From positions 1,383 to 65,382 of the forward strand of contig CAYZNF010000002.1 of NCBI GenBank assembly GCA_964479725.1: a stretch of 64,000 bases of DNA, read 5' to 3'. The notes under the pieces were generated by a model that saw nothing but the letters and a program-made list of their open reading frames with translations, made no database searches and had not been told where the DNA came from. The translations under genes and the position numbers were made by a program. Of the stretch, positions 20,907 through 28,391 are shown one piece after another. The DNA comes from an uncultured Candidatus Saccharibacteria bacterium (GTDB lineage: Bacteria > Patescibacteriota > Minisyncoccia > Minisyncoccales > UBA10102). How positions within the stretch are numbered: the stretch's first letter is position 1; the number at the start of each line of letters is the position of its first letter.

Positions 20907-21677
20907 ATGATGAAACCTTTAATTGTTGCCAATTGGAAAATGAATCCTGCTACTGCTAAAGAAGCTTTGGCATTGGCAAAAGAAATAAATGGCAATGCAG
21001 AAAAAATAAATGCGGAAGTTGTTCTTTGCCCGCCTTTTCCATATCTTCCAATTATATACGCTAAAAAGCTAAAAAATATATGCCTAGGAGCCCAGGATTG
21101 CTTTTGGGAAAGTCCGCCGGCTGGCGGAGGAGCTTTTACGGGAGAGGTTTCACCTGCCATGCTAAAAAACATTGGATGCAAATATGTTATTTTGGGGCAT
21201 TCTGAACGGAAGAAATATTTGGGTGAAACATATGTAATGATAAATAAAAAACTGAAAGCTGTTTTGAAGGCGAGGTTAGCTCCGGTTGTTTGTATTGGCG
21301 AAAAAGAACCGCTTTCGGAAACGGCAAAAGGGGAAGCGGAGTCTCAAATGGCGCAAATATTTGCCGGAATTTCGGCTGGGGAAATGCAAAGCGCAGTATT
21401 GGCATATGAGCCTGAATGGGCTATAAGCACAAACCCCGGAGCTAAACCCGCTACCCCCGAAGGAGCCAGACTTTCAGTGGAATATATGCGAGAGATCCTT
21501 TTCAGGCTTTTTGGCGACGAGCTTGCGAAAAATGCCAAAATTATGTATGGAGGAAGTGTAGCCAGCCATAATATTAAGGGTTTTATGGATAAAGCAGGGA
21601 TTCAAGGCGCTTTGGTAGGTTCTGCCTCTCTTAATGCCCCCGGGTTTGTCCAGCTGGTTAAAAACGCTATAAAATAA
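20907..21677 (+). CDS. tpiA: Triosephosphate isomerase
   Basis: ANWKMN, GAFTGEVS, GHSER, AYEP, YGGSV. Confidence 0.97.
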   Translation: MMKPLIVANWKMNPATAKEALALAKEINGNAEKINAEVVLCPPFPYLPIIYAKKLKNICLGAQDCFWESPPAGGGAFTGEVSPAMLKNIGCKYVILGHSERKKYLGETYVMINKKLKAVLKARLAPVVCIGEKEPLSETAKGEAESQMAQIFAGISAGEMQSAVLAYEPEWAISTNPGAKPATPEGARLSVEYMREILFRLFGDELAKNAKIMYGGSVASHNIKGFMDKAGIQGALVGSASLNAPGFVQLVKNAIK

Positions 21678-21700
21678 CCTTGCGTCGCAAACAATCCTAA

Positions 21701-22207
21701 ATGGATCCTCTATTTTCAGGCAATTTTTTTAATCCTACAAAAGGTAGCATGAGTCTTTCCTCTGTAATGGACGAGATGGTTTTGTATATGAAAGAACGCC
21801 CCGCGAGGGAGTATGAAATTATCATTGGGTGCGATTCCTCGGCTACCGAAGATCCCACATTTCCTGTTGCTATTGTCATATTGAGAAAAGGGGAGGGCGG
21901 GAGGTTTTTCTTGAGGCGCATACACTACCCCCGAAAATTTTACAGCAGGCAGGAAAGAATATTGGAAGAAGTAATGCTGTCATGCAGGCTGGCGTTGTGG
22001 CTAAGGGAGCATTTTGCCATGCGCGCACAGCAAGAAAACAATCCTCCGAAATACCAGTTCCAATATATCCATGCGGATGTGGGAGAAAATGGTATTACCA
22101 AAGACATGGTGAAGGAAGTTGTAGGATTAATCCGAGGCAATGGCTTTGAGCCGTGCATTAAGCCTGCTTCCTTCGCCGCCTCATCTGTCGCCGACAGATA
22201 CTCTTAA
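21701..22207 (+). CDS. RNase H-like YkuK/DUF458 family protein
   Basis: IIGCDS, G.GGRFF, ERILEE, IHADVG..G.T, IKP.SFAASSVADR. Confidence 0.8.
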   Translation: MDPLFSGNFFNPTKGSMSLSSVMDEMVLYMKERPAREYEIIIGCDSSATEDPTFPVAIVILRKGEGGRFFLRRIHYPRKFYSRQERILEEVMLSCRLALWLREHFAMRAQQENNPPKYQFQYIHADVGENGITKDMVKEVVGLIRGNGFEPCIKPASFAASSVADRYS

Positions 22208-22457
22208 GCAGGTGTTTTATAGAATAGGAAATTATACAAAGTTCTAAGTCTGATTTTCGTTGTCTCCTTTGCGGCAAATAGATGCTCGTAATCGCGAAGT
22301 TTTTGTTGCTATAGGGCAAAGTACTACGAATTATTGCATATGCAAGATTTTGTAGTTCTCAATGATTTTCAGTAGAATTCAGTTTGAATTTGGTTTGAAA
22401 TTGACTTTCAAATTTTTTCCATTATCCTAAAGCTTAGAACTTACTGGGAGGTGGAAG

Positions 22458-22718
22458 GTGGCGAAGACAAGCTGGTTTAGGGTCTCCATGGCGATAGTGG
22501 GGATGTGGGCTTGGGTTGTGGTCGCAGTAGTAGCAGGGTTATGGCAGGAGGTGCAGGTTGGCCTTGCGACAGTGGCACTGTGCTGGAGTGCGGCTGCCGT
22601 CGTCTTTGCCGTGAGCGAGAGCGCTAAATCACGGCTGCTGTTTTTGATCTTGTTTTTTAGTCCCGCGCCTGTAATTGCGGCCATGATTGTTATGGCAATT
22701 GCCAACCATGCTCGGTGA
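22458..22718 (+). CDS. Small hydrophobic membrane protein
   Basis: GTG start with GGAGG upstream; ~3 hydrophobic segments; hairpin at ~22753-22780 downstream. Confidence 0.55.
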   Translation: MAKTSWFRVSMAIVGMWAWVVVAVVAGLWQEVQVGLATVALCWSAAAVVFAVSESAKSRLLFLILFFSPAPVIAAMIVMAIANHAR

Positions 22719-22897
22719 TTCGCGCTTGCCAATGTCTTCCTACGATTTTCATCCCCGACGCTTACAAAGCGAAGGGGGTTTTATATTTGCTTCGAAGTTT
22801 TGAAGTAGTTTCTGCCCCGCGCTTGCTGTGTATGTGCTGGGACTGTCCCAGCACAGAAATTGCGCGGATTTCAATTTTGTGGCATAATATAGAGGTT

Positions 22898-24073
22898 ATG
22901 CAAAATAGGAAACGCACAGTTTTTGTGGGAATGTCGGGTGGGGTTGATTCTAGCGTTGCCGCGTCTCTTTTAAAGAGAGACGGTTTTAATGTTGTAGGAA
23001 TTTACATGAAATGCTGGCTCGAAGCGGAAAATCCCGCTTGCACAACCATAGACGACGAACGATCCGCGAGGATGGCCGCCAGTCATTTGGGTATTCCATT
23101 CTATGTTTGGAATTTTATTGATGAGTACAAAAAGCGCGTGGTGGATTATATGGTAGAAGGGTACAGGAAGGGGATTACCCCAAATCCCGACATGATATGC
23201 AATAAAGAAATAAAGTTTGGCTTGTTTTTTGATAGGGCGATGAAACTCGGGGCAGATTATGTGGCGACTGGGCATTATGCTCGCATACAGCACACGAGAA
23301 ATATTCCTTACGCTTCGTCCGCCAAACCCACGGCCTTACTCGAACTTCGCTTCAGGAATATTTCTCGTGTGCGCCCTGTATCCGCGAGCTTGCCTGATAG
23401 CGCGATGCCTCGTTTGTCCACTGAAAGGCCTTGCTTATTACAGGGGATAGATAAAAACAAAGACCAGTCATATTTTTTGGCGTTTATAAAACCTGAAGTT
23501 CTAAACAGGGTATTATTTCCTATAGGTAATTACACTAAGCCTGACGTGCGGGAGTTGGCCCGAAAACTTGGTTTGCCTAATTCCGAAAGAAAAGACAGCC
23601 AGGGCATTTGCTTTGTGGGAAAGGTACATGTTGATGATTTTTTGAAAAGATATATTGAGCCAAGAAAAGGGAGAATAGTTGATATGGAAGGCAAAGTATT
23701 GGGTGAGCACCAAGGGGTGATGTACTACACAATCGGCCAAAGAGAGGGGATTGGGTTGTCTGGGGGACCGTGGTATGTAGCGGCAAAAGACACAGAAGCA
23801 AACAAACTGGTGGTCTCCCGTAATGAGCAGGATCTCGACAAAAAAGAAACAGTCGTGTCGCATGTAAACTGGATTTCAAAACCAGAGAGTTTTCCTGCAG
23901 AGGCAACTGTGCATTTGCGCTATCGCCACAAAGGAATTAAAGCAAATGTGATAGACAAGGGAGACGACTCCTTTATCGTTGAATTTACGGAAAGTCAGCG
24001 CGCCGTAACTCCGGGTCAATTCGCAGTTTTTTATGACAAAGAAGAAGTACTCGGCGCGGGAGTTCTGCAATAG
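22898..24073 (+). CDS. mnmA: tRNA 2-thiouridine synthase MnmA with in-frame insertion
   Basis: GMSGGVDSS, TPNPDMICN, ATGHYA, KDQSYFL, DSQGICF, TPGQ. Confidence 0.97.
   Translation: MQNRKRTVFVGMSGGVDSSVAASLLKRDGFNVVGIYMKCWLEAENPACTTIDDERSARMAASHLGIPFYVWNFIDEYKKRVVDYMVEGYRKGITPNPDMICNKEIKFGLFFDRAMKLGADYVATGHYARIQHTRNIPYASSAKPTALLELRFRNISRVRPVSASLPDSAMPRLSTERPCLLQGIDKNKDQSYFLAFIKPEVLNRVLFPIGNYTKPDVRELARKLGLPNSERKDSQGICFVGKVHVDDFLKRYIEPRKGRIVDMEGKVLGEHQGVMYYTIGQREGIGLSGGPWYVAAKDTEANKLVVSRNEQDLDKKETVVSHVNWISKPESFPAEATVHLRYRHKGIKANVIDKGDDSFIVEFTESQRAVTPGQFAVFYDKEEVLGAGVLQ
23290..23372. repeat. Perfect 19-bp inverted repeat inside mnmA (palindromic insertion)
   Basis: GCACACGAGAAATATTCCT (23290-23308) / AGGAATATTTCTCGTGTGC (23354-23372). 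Confidence 0.9.
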
Positions 24074-24114
24074 CAATATTTACAAATTTTTTAATTAGCG
24101 TTATCACTTATTTT

Positions 24115-24182
24115 GGATGGCCGGGAGCTGGGTTTGGGTGGAGGCCGAATGGCAGGGCGGATAATTAGGCTCTCGGCCGTTC
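24115..24182 (+). ncRNA. Stem-loop unit A, copy 1 (putative dual-guide RNA unit)
   Basis: 67/68 identical to 25251-25318; long outer stem, inner GCC-GAAT-GGC hairpin, two 10-nt unpaired segments. Confidence 0.7.
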
Positions 24183-24217
24183 TCTAGATTTGGAAAAAGA
24201 GGAAGGAGGAAAACCTA

Positions 24218-25236
24218 ATGACTGCTGGCGTGGCTGGCGCAAGCCAGGCGATAGTATTGGTACGTCCGGGAGCAAAAGATAAAAAGCTTCCAATGTCTGA
24301 AAAGGGCCTGAAGGAAGTTCTGGCGCAGTCTGCGCCAGGCGAAACAATTGTCCTGGCGGGAAATTCCAATTGGCTGACAGCCTTTGCTCATGGACTGCAA
24401 AGCCATGGGAGAGCCGTGCGCTTTTTGCCTTCCCCCATGAAAGAAAGGGGGCAAAGGCAATCTCATGCTGCCATGCTTGGGGCGGCTCTGGAGCATGGCA
24501 TTGTCGGCCGGCCATTTTTCAGGGACGGGAAATCGTCTGCAGAAGCAGAAGTTCCCCATCCATGGGTAGAAATGGCTAATCAGTATTTCCTGCTGTTGGA
24601 TGGCATTCGCCAGGCCAAGCACCGAGTGCTAAATGCCTTGAGAATATTGTATCCAGAGCTCGTTGCCATAGGCGACAAGCTTTGGGGGCAAAGAGTCTCG
24701 AGGCGATGGGAAGACTCGACTGGACCTATTTTGCGAGCACGGAGGCGGAAGCTTACTCTGCTTCTTTAGCGCAGTACGTGCCCGCGGCCAAACAGGCAGA
24801 GGCTGCCTCGCAGCTGCACAAAGAGCTTGGCATGCTCGCCGAATTCAACATTCTGCAGCGAGATCTGCGAGAACGCATAAAAGCAGAAACAGAGGGGCAT
24901 GCCATCGTAGAGTACTTTGGCGGCACCTTCTCGGCCCAGGTGCTTGCTCTTCTGATTGGTTGGAGAAGGTGGGGGGAAGGGCGGAAGCAAGGTTTTCGCG
25001 CCTTGCGAAGCTACTGCGGCTTGGCGGTAACTCGGGTGGATTCTTCCGGGAAGCCGCGAATTTCCAGGGTTCGGCCCGAAATAAGAACAGCGCTGTACTG
25101 GCTGTTCGCCACCTCCAAGGGCAAGGAGGTGGTTAGTGAGGCAATGGAACGGCGGGCGGACAAGAGCAAGAAGCCTGGGCGGCCAAAGCGTATGGAGGCT
25201 TTGCTTCTTGCCGTATGGCGAGATTGCCTCCAGTAA
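24218..25236 (+). pseudogene. IS110/Tas-like protein with degenerate RuvC (DEDD) domain, split by a 1-nt frameshift at ~24684-24688 (ORFs 24218-24769 and 24682-25236)
   Basis: AKHRVLNALRILYPEL coiled coil; ALRSYCGLAVTRVDSSGK...IRTALY (Transposase_20/Nop-like); strong SD GGAGG; one added G restores a 339-aa ORF. Confidence 0.75.
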
Positions 25237-25248
25237 AGTACGATAAGG

Positions 25249-25320
25249 GGGGATGGCCGAGAGCTGGGTTTGGGTGGAGGCCGAATGGCAGGGCGGATAA
25301 TTAGGCTCTCGGCCGTTCCC
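25249..25320 (+). ncRNA. Stem-loop unit A, copy 2 (putative dual-guide RNA unit)
   Basis: 16-bp outer stem 25249-25264/25305-25320; GC-TGG-N10-AG-GC...GC-AGG-N10-AG-GC. Confidence 0.7.
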
Positions 25321-25331
25321 AAACAACGAAA

Positions 25332-25399
25332 GCACAGAGGAGCTGGACATAAAACAGGCTTCAGTAGCAGGAGGGCTGGTATTGAGGCTCCTCTGATGC
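25332..25399 (+). ncRNA. Stem-loop unit B (same frame as unit A, different variable segments)
   Basis: CAGAGGAGC/GCTCCTCTG stem; TGG-ACATAAAAC-AG-GCT-TCAGT-AGC-AGG(AGG)-GCTGGTATTG-AG. Confidence 0.65.
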
Positions 25400-25401
25400 C
25401 C

Positions 25402-25441
25402 GGGCGGGGTTGTCTCACGACGACCCCGCCCTAAATTTTTG
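25402..25441 (+). terminator. Intrinsic terminator-like hairpin closing the IS110-like locus
   Basis: GGGCGGGGTTGTC-TCAC-GACGACCCCGCCC followed by TAAATTTTTG. Confidence 0.7.
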
Positions 25442-25475
25442 TATAAGGGGAAAAATTTGGTATAATGCCTACATT

Positions 25476-27254
25476 ATGAACTCCAATGAATTGAGAAAAC
25501 GGTTTCTCGATTTTTTTGCTGAAAACGGCCATGCGGTGGTGCCTTCTTCGCCACTGATTCCCGATGATCCTTCGGTGCTTTTGACAACTGCAGGAATGCA
25601 GCAGTTTAAACCCTACTATACCGGGCAGGCGGATCCAATGAAATCTCCTCATCCCACACTAGAAGGGAGGCCGCTCGGGAGCCGCAATGCCGTTTCGGTC
25701 CAAAAAAGTTTCCGCACATCGGATATTGAAGAGGTGGGAGACGAGCGCCATCTTACATTTTTTGAGATGCTGGGCAACTTCTCTTTTGGCGGCTACACTG
25801 ATTTCAAGCGCCAGCCCATTACCTACGCCAAAGAATTTCTGGATTCTATTGGCGTTGAGGTTGACTATGTAACAGTCTTTAAGGGAGACAGCGAAGTGCC
25901 GCGAGACAATGAGTCTATTGCCATTTGGAAAGATCTTGGTTTTTCGGAAGAGAAAGGCAATTTGAGGCTTGAGGGAAGGGCGGATAACTTTTGGGGTCCT
26001 ACTGGAAATGAGGGTCCCTGCGGCCCCACAACAGAAATTTATGCCGGAGGAAAAAGCGCGGTGGGAGGAAAGCCAATTGAAATTTGGAATATTGTTTTTA
26101 ACCAGTACTATTGCTACGCTGACAAACGCCTTGAATTACTAAAGCAATCCGGGGTGGATACAGGCATGGGCCTTGAAAGGCTGGCATTGGTGTCCCAAGA
26201 AAAAGCCAATGTGTTTGAAACTGATTTATTTACTCCTATTTTTGCTAAAATGCCGGGCGACCTAGACGAAAATGTCCAAAGAATCATTGCCGACCATGTC
26301 CGCGCTATTGCGTTCTTGGTTTCTGACGGAGTACGGCCCTCAAACAAAGAAGCGGGATATATTTTACGCGGTCTGGTTCGCCGCATCGTGGCTCAACAGT
26401 ACGTTGGACAAAAACAGGATATTGATTTTCAAGGAATGTTTGAGGCTATGGTAGATTACTACAAGCCCGCTTACCCCGAACTTAACAAGGAAACCGCAAT
26501 AAACGAGTTTTTACAGGAACAGCATAAATTTAAGGATGCGATACAGCAGGGGATTAAGGAATTGGAGCGCATGGAAGCGATTGACGCTGAAAAAGGTTTT
26601 TATTTATACGAGAGTTTTGGCATTCCCTTCGATGTAATTAAAGAATTGGCAGGGGATAGGGCAAAAAGCCTTACGAAAGAATTATTTAACAAAGAATTTG
26701 AAAAACACCAGGAAATTTCTCGGGCTGGGCAGGAGCGAAAATTCGGCGGACATGGCCTCATTATGGATACCGGAGAACTAAAAGCGGGAAACGAAGAAGA
26801 ATTAGAGCGGGCAACAAGACTGCATACCGCCACCCACCTAACCCAAGCCGCTTTGAGGAAAATATTGGGCGAAAGCGTGCGCCAAGCCGGATCGGATATT
26901 ACGCCAGAACGGCTGCGCTTTGATTTTACATTCGAAAGAAAGCTGACGCCGGAAGAAATCCTGCGGGTAACCGAGCTGGTTAACGGCGCAATACAAGCCA
27001 ATCTGGCCATGGAACGCATTGAGATGCCTTACGAGGAGGCAATAAAAACAGGGGCCTTATATTCAAAACGCGAGAAATATCCTCCCACGGTGAAAGTGTA
27101 CAAAGCGCACAATCCCCAAACAGGCGAAATATTTTCGCAGGAATTGTGCGGAGGGCCCCATGTGCGATATACTGGAGAAGTAGGGAAGTTTAAAATTCTC
27201 AAAGAAGAATCTGTTGCGGCCGGAATACGCCGCATTCGAGCAACAATTGAGTAA
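25476..27254 (+). CDS. alaS: Alanine--tRNA ligase (short form lacking C-Ala domain)
   Basis: TTAGMQQFK, HLTFFEMLGNFSFG, DTGMGLER, HTATH, ELCGGPH; ends at GIRRIRATIE; TGGTATAAT 10 nt upstream. Confidence 0.95.
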   Translation: MNSNELRKRFLDFFAENGHAVVPSSPLIPDDPSVLLTTAGMQQFKPYYTGQADPMKSPHPTLEGRPLGSRNAVSVQKSFRTSDIEEVGDERHLTFFEMLGNFSFGGYTDFKRQPITYAKEFLDSIGVEVDYVTVFKGDSEVPRDNESIAIWKDLGFSEEKGNLRLEGRADNFWGPTGNEGPCGPTTEIYAGGKSAVGGKPIEIWNIVFNQYYCYADKRLELLKQSGVDTGMGLERLALVSQEKANVFETDLFTPIFAKMPGDLDENVQRIIADHVRAIAFLVSDGVRPSNKEAGYILRGLVRRIVAQQYVGQKQDIDFQGMFEAMVDYYKPAYPELNKETAINEFLQEQHKFKDAIQQGIKELERMEAIDAEKGFYLYESFGIPFDVIKELAGDRAKSLTKELFNKEFEKHQEISRAGQERKFGGHGLIMDTGELKAGNEEELERATRLHTATHLTQAALRKILGESVRQAGSDITPERLRFDFTFERKLTPEEILRVTELVNGAIQANLAMERIEMPYEEAIKTGALYSKREKYPPTVKVYKAHNPQTGEIFSQELCGGPHVRYTGEVGKFKILKEESVAAGIRRIRATIE

Positions 27255-27269
27255 GACAATTTATTTTAG

Positions 27270-28391
27270 ATGCCTTTGATCCCTGTTTTTGGGAAGCCTA
27301 AAGCAATGGTTTCGTTGTACGTTGACGCAGGAAGCTCTGCCGTAAAGTTTTGCGTGCTGAAATCCTGGCCGGCTGGGCGAGAAATCCTTGCGTGTGATTC
27401 CATTCCCACAACAAAATTTGCTTGGGAAAAAGATACCCATACGGTCATTGCTAACGCCAAAAAACATTTCTCGGGAATCAGCGAAATTATCTTCAACCTT
27501 TCCCCGTCGGTTTTTCGGGCAGGGGTTTTTGAATATTCTTTTACGCGAAAAAATCCTTCTGCGGCTATTACCTTAAAAGAAGAGCAGAGTCTGGGCAAAG
27601 AAATGCTTGGCCTGGCGAGAAAAGAAATGACGGAATATTTTTCCAAGATATACGGTATTCCTCCGGAAGAGCTTATGGTTATGAAAATAAAGATGGTCCA
27701 CGCGGAAATAAGCGGTTATTCGGTGTCCCATTTGCGCGGATATGCTGGTCCTTCTCTACGGCTCCGGGTTTTGGGGACATGCCTGCCCATTGAGTACAAG
27801 AATTTTTTTGACCGCCTGAAGCGTTTATACAAAATCAAGCAGTTAAAACTTTCCCACTGGGCGGAAGGAATCGAAGCTTTTGCCATTGGGCAAAAACACG
27901 ATGGTATTTTTATTGACGCAGGCGACCAGATGACCCAGTTGGCCGTTATGCGGCAGCATACTATTTTAGGAGTGCAGGACGTAAAATACGGCGGAGATAA
28001 TTTTTCGTACGCCCTTGAAATGAAGCTGGGATTCCAAGAAACAATGGCCAGGGATTTTAAAGAGCGTTATTCAAGGAACGAATTTACCGAAGAAATGAGG
28101 AAGAAAATGCATGACGTTTTCCAGCCCGAAGCGCAAAAATGGGTGGCCCTGTGCAAAGAAAAACTGCTGTCGATGAATAACGTCCTTCCTTCCAAGATTT
28201 TCCTTATGGGAGGAGGCAGCCAGCTTCCGGAAATCGCTACAGAACTTACGGCAAGTTTTGAAGATCTGCCTATTAATGGCAATCTTGAAATTACTTTCCT
28301 TGATCCTCAAAATGTTATTAAAAATATAAAACACTCAAAAGGCGGCAACGTCATATACACGCCACTCTTTTTATTGACTTATGGCAAATAA
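27270..28391 (+). CDS. FtsA/PilM-like actin-fold ATPase family protein
   Basis: YVDAGSSAVK, FIDAGDQMT, YGGDNFS, FLMGGGSQLP. Confidence 0.7.
   Translation: MPLIPVFGKPKAMVSLYVDAGSSAVKFCVLKSWPAGREILACDSIPTTKFAWEKDTHTVIANAKKHFSGISEIIFNLSPSVFRAGVFEYSFTRKNPSAAITLKEEQSLGKEMLGLARKEMTEYFSKIYGIPPEELMVMKIKMVHAEISGYSVSHLRGYAGPSLRLRVLGTCLPIEYKNFFDRLKRLYKIKQLKLSHWAEGIEAFAIGQKHDGIFIDAGDQMTQLAVMRQHTILGVQDVKYGGDNFSYALEMKLGFQETMARDFKERYSRNEFTEEMRKKMHDVFQPEAQKWVALCKEKLLSMNNVLPSKIFLMGGGSQLPEIATELTASFEDLPINGNLEITFLDPQNVIKNIKHSKGGNVIYTPLFLLTYGK

Noticed and set aside
22715-22897. Long N-terminal extensions offered by the ORF track (mnmA from 22715, alaS from 25410, rpsM from 29981, tpiA from 20856)
   Set aside because: Homology starts at downstream ATGs, and the extensions cross terminators, promoters or upstream genes (rpmJ, dedA).
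24218-25236. Ordinary active IS110 element
   Set aside because: DEDD residues are missing, the gene is frameshifted, and I could not match either unit's segments to the cassette ends as a donor junction. A decayed IS cannot be fully excluded.
24115-25318. CRISPR array or target-site duplication
   Set aside because: Only two 68-bp copies 1.1 kb apart, no cas genes, and far too long and structured for a target-site duplication.
25249-25441. T-box riboswitch upstream of alaS (GGGTGG word, terminator, aaRS gene downstream)
   Set aside because: No GGTGGNACC T-box consensus or specifier stem. alaS has its own TGGTATAAT downstream of the terminator, and the same unit is duplicated upstream of the IS110-like gene.
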